From an uncultured Gemmatimonadales bacterium (lineage in GTDB: Bacteria; Gemmatimonadota; Gemmatimonadetes; Gemmatimonadales; GWC2-71-9): a stretch of 64,000 bases of DNA. Numbering within the stretch: position 1 is the first letter of the stretch; each line of letters starts with the position of its first letter. The notes beneath the pieces were generated by a model. The model was not told where the DNA came from, made no database searches, and saw only the letters and a program-made list of their open reading frames with translations. The stretch lies in NCBI GenBank assembly GCA_963821525.1, contig CAWGED010000019.1, positions 736,001 through 800,000 on the forward strand, written 5' to 3'. Position numbers and translations under genes: made by a program. Below are positions 11,531-19,669 of the stretch, one piece after another.

Positions 11531-11941
11531 ATGGAGCGACCGCTCGGTGTAACGATCCTCGCGGTTGTGGCGCTTATCTCGGGCGCGCTGGGAGTGTTGA
11601 AGGGACTGGTGGCGCTGGGACTGGGCGGGGTTGCCGCGAGCTGGATGGCGACCACCTATCCCGTGGCCGGTGCGGTGGTAGGAGTGCTCGCCGTCACCTA
11701 CGGCGTCGTGGCCCTGATCCTCGCGTGCTTCTCGCTTGGCTTCGGCTTCGGCGCCTGGAATCTCAAGTCGTGGGCTTGGACGCTTGGTGTCGGCACCGAG
11801 GTCGCAACGCTCATCTGGGCCTGCCTGATCGCCATCGGCCCCGGCACCCTGCGTGGTCAGATGTGGACCATCGTTCTGGCCGGGGCGATTCTCTACTACC
11901 TGACGAGACCTGATATCAAGAGCGCCTTCGGCCGGGTCTAA
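11531..11941 (+). CDS. Small integral membrane protein
   Basis: Four hydrophobic segments, RP.GVTIL start, YYL.RP..K.AF end; GGAGG RBS. Confidence 0.75.
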   Translation: MERPLGVTILAVVALISGALGVLKGLVALGLGGVAASWMATTYPVAGAVVGVLAVTYGVVALILACFSLGFGFGAWNLKSWAWTLGVGTEVATLIWACLIAIGPGTLRGQMWTIVLAGAILYYLTRPDIKSAFGRV

Positions 11942-12663
11942 GGCGCGGGAACCGCCTCTTCGGCGCAGCCCTTGAGCTTCTCGCCATCCACCGTGGCGGT
12001 TGCCTTGAGGTTGAAATACTCCCCCGACATTCCGTCAGCACAGCCCACGTCCTCCAGCCGCAGCGACATGCGGTGGACCTCGTCGGCAGTCGCCGTGCTC
12101 CATAGCTGAGCCTTGTCTTCGATACTGGGAGCGGCACCCTTGAAGACGACACCCGGCCCTTCCGGCCGTTTGAGCACGAGAGAATCGGGATAGACCATGA
12201 CGGCCCAGAACGGCTCGTTGCCGTGGGCCTTGACCTGCCAGGCCGGTTGGGGCACATGACACCCACCACCCTCGCCCGGACGGGCTGCTCTCAGGATTCG
12301 GGTCATCCGCAAGGCATCGCGGTAACGGGCATTGGGTCCCAGGGCAGGCGAGCGAACGTCAATCGCACGGACCACGAGGTAGATCCGCTCTCCCGCGGCG
12401 GCGCCGAGGCCGGCGGAGGCCCGCTTGAGCTCTCCGTTGGTCTGGTCGATGACTGGGCGGGCGAGATCCTCATCGCAGCCCACGAACGTGGTGTCCGCTC
12501 CCTGAACCGCGAGCAGGCCTCGCGCGATCGTACCCACACCCTGAGGAACCGCGGCCGAGGTATCGACGGCTTGGCCGTCGACCGGTGGTGGTTCCTTTCG
12601 GGCATCACATCCCGCCAGCACTGCAACGATCAGGCACCATCCGCAGGTCCGGACCAAGGCCAT
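11938..12663 (-). CDS. Lipoprotein with COG3650-like C-terminal domain
   Basis: Lipobox LAGC; GNEPFW, CADGMSG and LKGCA motifs; GGAGG RBS. Confidence 0.75.
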   Translation of the reverse strand: MALVRTCGWCLIVAVLAGCDARKEPPPVDGQAVDTSAAVPQGVGTIARGLLAVQGADTTFVGCDEDLARPVIDQTNGELKRASAGLGAAAGERIYLVVRAIDVRSPALGPNARYRDALRMTRILRAARPGEGGGCHVPQPAWQVKAHGNEPFWAVMVYPDSLVLKRPEGPGVVFKGAAPSIEDKAQLWSTATADEVHRMSLRLEDVGCADGMSGEYFNLKATATVDGEKLKGCAEEAVPAP

Positions 12664-12788
12664 CCTCCGCTGGAGTGGATCCTTCATTGTATGAAGCACC
12701 GCCGCTTCGGGCCAGAGCGCTTGCCCACTTGTGGCGGACAGGGCGAATTCCTAGCTTCCCGTGCATGAATGGAACTTTGGAGTTGCCC

Positions 12789-12845
12789 ATGTGCCGCAAG
12801 ACCATCACGGCCACCCTCACCCACGGCGAGGGACGGTTGGTCTAG
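12789..12845 (+). CDS. Putative attenuator leader peptide MCRKTITATLTHGEGRLV
   Basis: GGAG RBS 6 nt upstream; 4 Thr, 1 Ile and 1 Lys within 8 codons; followed by antiterminator and terminator. Confidence 0.7.
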   Translation: MCRKTITATLTHGEGRLV

Positions 12846-12871
12846 CGCACTGTTCTACCCCAGGACCACCG

Positions 12872-12903
12872 ACCCGCCGTACAATTAGTCCGGCGGGTTT
12901 TTT
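12872..12903 (+). terminator. Attenuator terminator hairpin
   Basis: ACCCGCCG-N11-CGGCGGGT plus T-tract, about 26 nt before the first operon gene. Confidence 0.85.
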
Positions 12904-12929
12904 CATGACTTTGACCCTGTGAGAGGGTT

Positions 12930-13943
12930 GTGGTTGATACCATTGAGCTGACGAGGGAATTGGTAAGCCTCGAGACGCCTTCCGGCAATGAAGGTCCAGC
13001 CGTACGGCTGCTGGCGGACCTGCTGGCCAGCATGGGGTACAATGTCGCGCGGCAGCCGGTCTCTCCCGGACGGGAGAACCTGTACGCATACCTGGAACCA
13101 CCGGAGCTGGTTTTCAGTACCCACCTGGACTGCGTTCCCCCCTATGTGGCGCTTCGGGAGGACGAAACCCACCTGCACGGGCGAGGCACCTGCGACGCCA
13201 AGGGCCTGGCGGCTGCAATGGTGAGCGCAGCCGAAAAGCTCGCCTCGAAAGGGGAGCGACGAATCGGGTTGCTGTTCGTCGTGGGAGAGGAGAACGGCTC
13301 CGATGGGGCACGAGTCGCCGCCGCGCTCGAACCGAAGGGTCGGTTCATCGTGAACGGAGAGCCGACCGAGAACCGGCTGAGCATGGGGCAGAAGGGATCG
13401 CTGAAAATGGTGATCGAGTGCGAGGGAAGGCCCGCGCATTCCGCCTACCCCCAGGACGGCCGATCAGCCATTCTGCCGTTGCTGGACGCGCTGGACCGGC
13501 TGCGGAACTTCAAGCTTCCCAGCGACCCGATGTTGGGCCACGGGACTCTGAACATCGGGGTGCTCGAGGGCGGAGTCGCGCCGAATGTGATCCCGCCCAA
13601 GGCGCGCGCGGAGATCCTGGTGCGCACCGTCGGCCCCACGACTGAGCTCCAGAAGGAACTCGCGGCGTGTGCCGGGTCGGAGGTTCAGGTGAGCTTTCCG
13701 GTCGAGCTGCCCTACTACAAAAACACCGCGGCCGCTCCGAAGGGGTGGGAAACCACCGTTGTGGGCTATGCGAGCGACCTGCCGTTTCACGCCAGCTGGG
13801 GCGCCGGCTATCAGCTCGGCCCGGGCACGATCAGAGTGGCGCACACCGCAGAGGAACGGATCTCCAAGGCGGAACTGCTGCGAGGGGTCGAGCTTTACGT
13901 GAAGCTGGCAGAGGACCTGATAGGCCAGGGTTCGGAGGAATGA
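12930..13943 (+). CDS. M20 family metallohydrolase (ArgE/DapE-like)
   Basis: HLDCVP, GRGTCDAKG, VGEE, NGEPT, AHT motifs; heads the dap operon. Confidence 0.85.
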   Translation: MVDTIELTRELVSLETPSGNEGPAVRLLADLLASMGYNVARQPVSPGRENLYAYLEPPELVFSTHLDCVPPYVALREDETHLHGRGTCDAKGLAAAMVSAAEKLASKGERRIGLLFVVGEENGSDGARVAAALEPKGRFIVNGEPTENRLSMGQKGSLKMVIECEGRPAHSAYPQDGRSAILPLLDALDRLRNFKLPSDPMLGHGTLNIGVLEGGVAPNVIPPKARAEILVRTVGPTTELQKELAACAGSEVQVSFPVELPYYKNTAAAPKGWETTVVGYASDLPFHASWGAGYQLGPGTIRVAHTAEERISKAELLRGVELYVKLAEDLIGQGSEE

Positions 13944-14991
13944 TGGACAGGATTCCTGTCTCCATCCTGGGCGCCACCGGTACCGTCGGGCAGAAGTTCG
14001 TGAAGCTGCTCGACGGGCATCCCTGGTTCGAGATCGTCGCTCTAGCAGCGTCGGAACAGAGCGCTGGAAAGCCCTACGGCGAAGTTGTCCGCTGGAGGGA
14101 GAGCACTCCAATACCGGAGTCGGTCGCCGGGCTGGTGATACAACGGAGCGAGCCGCCACTGCCCGGTCGCATCGTGTTCTCGGCGCTCGACGCCGATATC
14201 GCGGGGCCGTTGGAGCAGGCATTCGCCCAAGGCGGTGCCTTCGTCGTCACCAATACCCGCATCCACCGCATGGCGGCGGATGTGCCGCTCCTGGTGCCCG
14301 AGGTAAACCCGGGTCATCTGTCGCTGCTCGAGCGCCAGCAGAAGGAGCGGGGGTGGAAAGGTGGCATCGTCGCGAACCCAAACTGCTCGACGGCCGGACT
14401 CGTGATGGCGCTGGCACCACTCCACGTCGCGTTCCGGCTTGAAAAGCTCTTCGTCGCGACCATGCAGGCATCATCCGGAGCGGGGTACCCCGGCGTTCCC
14501 TCGCTCGACCTGCTGGGCAACGTGATCCCGTTTATCGCGGCGAAGAGGAAAAGATCGAGGCGGAAACCCGCAAGATCCTCGGCGACCTTGCTGGTTCCGC
14601 GGTAGAGCCGGCCGCCATCGCGGTGAGCGCGCATACCAATCGCGTTGCGGTAGTTGACGGCCACACCGAAGTGGTGTCCGCCGGTTTCGCGCGGAGAGTG
14701 AGACCGGCCGAGGCCCTGGAGGTGTACCGGAACTTCGAGACTCCGGCTGCGGTGGCGAATCTCCCGTCTACTCCCGCTCGTCCGATCGAAGTGGACTCTC
14801 GGCCCGACCGTCCCCAGCCTCGATTGGACGTGGATCGGGGAACCGGCATGAGCGTGACAATCGGGCGGATTCGTCCCTGTCCGCTGCTCGACCTTCGCCT
14901 GGTCCTGCTGAGTCATAACACTGTTCGCGGAGCGGCAGGGGCGGCGATTCAGAATGCGGAGTTGTTGGTGGCTGAGGGGTATGTGAAGTAG
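13940..14991 (+). CDS. asd: Aspartate-semialdehyde dehydrogenase (frameshift near 14540)
   Basis: GATGTVGQ, VPEVN, NPNCST, SGAGYPG, HNTVRGAAG. Confidence 0.95.
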
Positions 14992-14992
14992 C

Positions 14993-15123
14993 GGTCGATG
15001 GTCGATGGTCAATGGATCTAGGGTCTTTGGTCTGAAACTTGGCGGAGCGGTGATTCAGCGGCTACATCGACTATCGACTATCGACCATCGACTATCGACT
15101 CATCGACTATAGACCATCGACCA
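14993..15123. repeat. Inverted tandem heptamer element (GGTCGAT x3 / ATCGACY x~8)
   Basis: Seen directly between asd and dapB; spacer about 50 nt. Confidence 0.85.
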
Positions 15124-15129
15124 CGCAAG

Positions 15130-15825
15130 ATGCGACTCGCCCTCATCGGCTACGGCAAGATGGGCCACGCGCTCGCGGCGCTCGCTATCGAGCGGGGACA
15201 CGAGGTCTGCACCATCGTTCGGGGTGAGGAGAATCCTGAGGGTGCAGCGCTCACGGGAGACCGGCTCGGCGGTGCGGAAGTAGCGCTGGAGTTCACGAGA
15301 CCGGAAGCGGCACCGGGGAATCTGATGCGGATGGCGAGGCTCGGCCTGCCGACGGTGAGCGGTACCACCGGTTGGTCATCCAGCCTTCCCGCCATCGAGC
15401 GCGAGGTGAATGCGAACGGCGGGGCGTTGCTGCATAGTCCAAACTTCTCGGTGGGCGTCCATCTCTTTCTCCGCGCGGCGGCGGATCTCGCCCGACAGTT
15501 CCGAGGCCGCGATTTCGACGGGTCCATCCTGGAGCAGCATCACGCCGCCAAGCGGGATGCTCCATCAGGAACGGCGCTGCAGCTGCAGGCCGCGGTGAGC
15601 GCCGCGGATCCCGACCGGCCCTTCCCGATCAGCTCGGTGCGCGCGGGATTCTCGCCGGGTATCCATCTGCTGGCCTATGATTCTCCCTTCGAGGTGATTC
15701 GGCTCGAGCACACGGCCCGGAGCCGTCAGAGCTTTGCCGCGGGAGCACTGTTGGCGGCGGAATGGCTGCAGGGACGCAAGGGGGTATACACCTTCGACGA
15801 AATGCTTTTCGGAGGGAAACGATGA
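15130..15825 (+). CDS. dapB: 4-hydroxy-tetrahydrodipicolinate reductase
   Basis: GYGKMG, GTTGW, PNFSVG, EQHHAAKRDAPSGTA. Confidence 0.95.
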   Translation: MRLALIGYGKMGHALAALAIERGHEVCTIVRGEENPEGAALTGDRLGGAEVALEFTRPEAAPGNLMRMARLGLPTVSGTTGWSSSLPAIEREVNANGGALLHSPNFSVGVHLFLRAAADLARQFRGRDFDGSILEQHHAAKRDAPSGTALQLQAAVSAADPDRPFPISSVRAGFSPGIHLLAYDSPFEVIRLEHTARSRQSFAAGALLAAEWLQGRKGVYTFDEMLFGGKR

Positions 15826-16721
15826 GCGGACTCGCCGGGTGTGGGACCGCGCTGGTGACACCGTTCACCGCGAACGGTGCGGTGGACGAACCCGCGTTGC
15901 GCGGTCTGGTGGAGTGGCAGATCGAGAGCGGGATCGACTTCCTGGTGCCCTGCGGCAGCACCGGTGAAGCGCAGACGCTCTCTGCCGCGGAACGGGAGCG
16001 GGTCGTCTCTCTCGTGGTCGAGACCGCCAAGGGCCGCGTTCCCGTCATGGCAGGCGCCTCCCACAACGACACGCGCCAGGCGGTCGAAGAAGCCCGCAGG
16101 ATGAGCGGCCTCGGGGTGCAGTGGCTGCTGGTCGCGACACCGTACTACAACAAGCCGACGCCGGAAGGCCTGTACCGGCACTTCGTCGCCGTCGCCGACG
16201 CTTCAGCGGTACCCATCTGTCTCTACAATGTCCCGGGCCGGACGGCGGTGAATCTCAAACCGGAAACTGCTCTGCGGCTGGCCCAGCACGGGAACGTGGC
16301 AGGGATCAAGGAATCGAGTGGAGACCTGGCTCAGGCCCAGCACATTCTCGCGGGACGTTTGGAAGGTTTCGCGGTCCTCTCCGGCGAAGACTGGATGACG
16401 CTCGCCATCATGGCCGCCGGAGGAGATGGGCTCATTTCGGTGGCATCGAACGAGATCCCCCATCACATGCGGGCGATGGTGCACATGGTCGGGCAGGGAA
16501 ACCTCGAGGAAGCTCGCCAGCTCCTCTATCGGGTCCTGCCGCTGATCGAGGCCAACTTTCTGGAAACCAATCCCGCCCCGGTGAAGGCCGCACTCGCCGC
16601 GATGGGTCTGATCAAGGATGTGCTGCGTCTCCCTCTGGTGCCGCTTTCGGAGTCCCGTCGAGGCCCGCTGCTGCAGGCACTCAAGGCCGCCGGCGTGAAC
16701 CTGCCGGGCCATGAAGCCTGA
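15822..16721 (+). CDS. dapA: 4-hydroxy-tetrahydrodipicolinate synthase
   Basis: TALVTPF, GSTGE, PYYNKP, YNVPGRT, GIKES, ETNP.PVK. Confidence 0.95.
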   Translation: MSGLAGCGTALVTPFTANGAVDEPALRGLVEWQIESGIDFLVPCGSTGEAQTLSAAERERVVSLVVETAKGRVPVMAGASHNDTRQAVEEARRMSGLGVQWLLVATPYYNKPTPEGLYRHFVAVADASAVPICLYNVPGRTAVNLKPETALRLAQHGNVAGIKESSGDLAQAQHILAGRLEGFAVLSGEDWMTLAIMAAGGDGLISVASNEIPHHMRAMVHMVGQGNLEEARQLLYRVLPLIEANFLETNPAPVKAALAAMGLIKDVLRLPLVPLSESRRGPLLQALKAAGVNLPGHEA

Positions 16722-17562
16722 TCATTTCACCGATCTCCAGAACATCATCGAGCGGTTTGCCCACGGGGTCCCCGCCGGGGAAGACGCGGCCGCACGTACC
16801 GCCTTCGACCGGCTGAAAGCGGGCCTCAACGCCGGCACTATTCGCGCGGCCGAACGTGACGCGCAAGGCAACTGGCAGGTCAATCAATGGGTCAAGGCGG
16901 GGATTCTCCTCGGCTTCCGGCTGGGGAAGGTCGTGCCCGTCGCCTCAGACGGTCCAATCCCGTTCTTTGACAAGGACACCTACCCTGTTCAGCGGCTGAC
17001 GGTGGACGCGGGCGTGAGGGTAGTCCCTGGTGGTTCAGCCATTCGCGACGGGTGTTACCTGGGGCGTGGCGTGGTCTGCATGCCACCCATGTACGTGAAC
17101 GTTGGAGCGTACGTGGATGAAGAGACCATGATTGACTCGCACGCCCTGGTCGGCTCCTGCGCCCAAGTGGGCAAACGGGTCCATCTCTCGGCGGGAGCCC
17201 AGCTGGGAGGAGTATTGGAGCCGGTCGGCGCACTGCCGGTGATTATCGAAGACGACGTCATGGTAGGTGGCAACTGCGGGGTCTACGAAGGCACCATCGT
17301 TCGCGAAGGGGCGGTGCTCGGTGCCGGCACCATCCTCACCGCTTCGATGCTCCTCTACGACCTGGTGCGGGACCGTATTTATCGCCGAGAGGGAGACCGG
17401 CCACTCGAAGTTCCGGCAGGGGCGGTTGTTGTGCCTGGCAGCCGGGCGCTGCTGTCGGGCGCGGGATTGCGGCAGGGCCTGCAGCTCTACGCGCCGGTCA
17501 TCGTCAAATACCGGGACGAAAAGACCGATCTCTCGACTCGACTGGAGGAGCTACTGCGCTAA
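16711..17562 (+). CDS. dapD: Tetrahydrodipicolinate N-succinyltransferase
   Basis: VNQWVKAGILLGFR, VGSCAQVG, GGVLEP, hexapeptide repeats. Confidence 0.95.
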   Translation: MKPDHFTDLQNIIERFAHGVPAGEDAAARTAFDRLKAGLNAGTIRAAERDAQGNWQVNQWVKAGILLGFRLGKVVPVASDGPIPFFDKDTYPVQRLTVDAGVRVVPGGSAIRDGCYLGRGVVCMPPMYVNVGAYVDEETMIDSHALVGSCAQVGKRVHLSAGAQLGGVLEPVGALPVIIEDDVMVGGNCGVYEGTIVREGAVLGAGTILTASMLLYDLVRDRIYRREGDRPLEVPAGAVVVPGSRALLSGAGLRQGLQLYAPVIVKYRDEKTDLSTRLEELLR

Positions 17563-17626
17563 ACCGTGTTGCGCCTCGAACCGGGCGCCCATATGATAGA
17601 CCCGCTTCCCGATCCGCAGGAGCCAC

Positions 17627-18940
17627 ATGTCAGTCTCGCGCGTCGTTGCCGCCCTTCTCGTCGGCGGCCTGGCCGCCCTGCCGCTCCAGGCCCAGAGCGA
17701 TGGTGGGCTCCGCGGCCTGATCCCCGATCTGTTTTCGTTCGGCGACTGCGGCGAGCCGCTCTGCCTCAATTCCGGCGTGAATGCCGCCACCGGGCATGGC
17801 AGCCACTACATCGGCTCGACCGTGCAGGGCACCGACAACCTGATCGGATTCCTGTCCGGCGCCATCGCGGCCGCCGTGTCGAGTGTCCCGGTCAGCACTG
17901 CTACCAGTGCTGTGGCCTTCCGGTTCGAGGGCGGCCGGCCGGTTCGCGAGGTTCGTTCCGGTGGGCCCATCTTCGGCGAGCGAGTACAGACTCTCGGGAA
18001 GGGACGGCTCCTGCTTGGGGTGAACCTGACAGCCGTCGATTTCACCTCGGTCCGCGGAGTGCCGCTGGACAACGTCGCCTTCAACTTCACCCACCAGAAC
18101 ACCGTGGGCTTTAACCAGCCTCTCGACTCCGCCCTGGGGAGCCCGGCGTTCGAGAACGACGTCATCTCGGTCAACACCTCGATCGACCTCAACCTGCAGA
18201 TGGCGCTGCTGTTCCTGACCTACGGACTGACCGACCGAATCGACATCGGTGTCGAGCTGCCCCTGGTCCACTCTGATCTGAGCGGCGGCAGTATTGCCCG
18301 CGTGGTGCCATTCACCAACCCGACGCCCCACTTCTTCGGTACCGCGGCGAATCCCTCGCTCAATGCCGGATCATCCATCGACGGAACGGCGACTGGAATC
18401 GGAGACGTAGGCGCACGGGTCAAGGTGAACCTGGGAGGCAGCGACCGGGGCGCCTTCGGCTTCCTGGCCGACGTCAGGTTCCCGACCGGGAACGAGGAGG
18501 ATTTCCAGGGGTCCGGCGAATACGCCGTGCGCGGACTGTTCATCGTCTCGGGAAGATTCGGTAATTTCTCACCGCACCTTAATGGCGGCTACCTCTGGCG
18601 CTCGGGGGAATCCCTCACCGATGCCGTCCTGGTCACCGGCGGCTTCGATCACCTGATGGCGCCCTGGGCCACGATCGCGGTTGACGTGATAACCCAATGG
18701 CAGGTGGGCACCAGTCCGCTGGTTCTCCCCGGCACCGTCACCTTCACGGTACCCAACCTGCGGCACGTCGAACCCACCAACATTCCTGACCGGCGGGACG
18801 ATCTGATCGATGGCTCTCTGGGATTCAAGTTCCTGGTGGGGAACGCTCTGACGCTGGTCACCAACGTGCTGGTGCCACTCAATAGCGGCGGAATGCGGGC
18901 CAATTGGGCTGGAACGATCGGACTCGAGCGGACCTTCTAG
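17627..18940 (+). CDS. Probable outer-membrane beta-barrel (transporter-like) protein
   Basis: Signal peptide; YGLTDRID, GIGD, PTG motifs; terminal Phe. Confidence 0.65.
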   Translation: MSVSRVVAALLVGGLAALPLQAQSDGGLRGLIPDLFSFGDCGEPLCLNSGVNAATGHGSHYIGSTVQGTDNLIGFLSGAIAAAVSSVPVSTATSAVAFRFEGGRPVREVRSGGPIFGERVQTLGKGRLLLGVNLTAVDFTSVRGVPLDNVAFNFTHQNTVGFNQPLDSALGSPAFENDVISVNTSIDLNLQMALLFLTYGLTDRIDIGVELPLVHSDLSGGSIARVVPFTNPTPHFFGTAANPSLNAGSSIDGTATGIGDVGARVKVNLGGSDRGAFGFLADVRFPTGNEEDFQGSGEYAVRGLFIVSGRFGNFSPHLNGGYLWRSGESLTDAVLVTGGFDHLMAPWATIAVDVITQWQVGTSPLVLPGTVTFTVPNLRHVEPTNIPDRRDDLIDGSLGFKFLVGNALTLVTNVLVPLNSGGMRANWAGTIGLERTF

Positions 18941-18941
18941 A

Positions 18942-19589
18942 TCAGTTGTTGAGAGCACCCTCCTGGATCCACAACGCGATGAGGTCGTAGTTCCCCGGCT
19001 CCAGCTGCACAAAGGGGGTACCGGGCGGCATGGGACGAACGGGAGGGACGCCGTGTAGTCGCTCGAGCAACAGTCCGGTCGTCGTGTCACCCGGTACAAG
19101 ATATTTGCCGCTGGTTACCAGCGAGGCATAGCTCTCCGCCGCACTGGTCATAAGCGGAGCCAGTCCCCCTGTCACGTGACAGAACGCCTGGGCACAGGAA
19201 GTCTCCAGGATCGGCTGGACCTGTTTCGAAAGAGTCGAGCTGGTCACCACCAGCACTATTCCGTCTCCCTTGAGACCCGCAGCAGTCGCCGTGATCGTGG
19301 CCGTGCCTACCGCGATACCCGAGATGTTCCCATCCGCGTCCACCGTGGCGATGGCGTCGTCGTCCGATACCCAAGTCACATTGTGACCGCTCAGCAGGTT
19401 CCCATCCTTGTCATAAATCAGGGCGACCAGGTGTAGCTGCCGCGCCAGCAACACCGAGGTGGTGTCCGGTGATACCACCACAGTCGCAGGCGGCCCGGGA
19501 CAATTGGGGCAATCATCGCTGCACGCCGAACCGATGAGGCCGGTGATCAGAACGGCGCCAACGAGGCGCAGGATGACGGGGCTTCGCAT
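18942..19589 (-). CDS. Lipoprotein with Big_2 Ig-like domain and putative cytochrome c domain
   Basis: Lipobox GSAC; VTWVSDDDAIATV; VQPIL..SCAQAFCH...MPP...WIQEGA. Confidence 0.65.
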   Translation of the reverse strand: MRSPVILRLVGAVLITGLIGSACSDDCPNCPGPPATVVVSPDTTSVLLARQLHLVALIYDKDGNLLSGHNVTWVSDDDAIATVDADGNISGIAVGTATITATAAGLKGDGIVLVVTSSTLSKQVQPILETSCAQAFCHVTGGLAPLMTSAAESYASLVTSGKYLVPGDTTTGLLLERLHGVPPVRPMPPGTPFVQLEPGNYDLIALWIQEGALNN

Positions 19590-19669
19590 GCAGGTTCCTG
19601 GGGGAGACCCGAGCCAATGTAGGTCCGCAGGGCGGCTTGTCAAACGACGGGAACTTCTGTTCCTGAGTG

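Noticed and set aside
12700..12930. Lysine riboswitch or T-box upstream of the dap operon
   Set aside because: No recognisable L-box or T-box consensus; a leader-peptide attenuator fits better
14993..15123. Short repeats as a CRISPR array
   Set aside because: Units are 7-9 nt in tandem without unique spacers between them, and no cas genes are present
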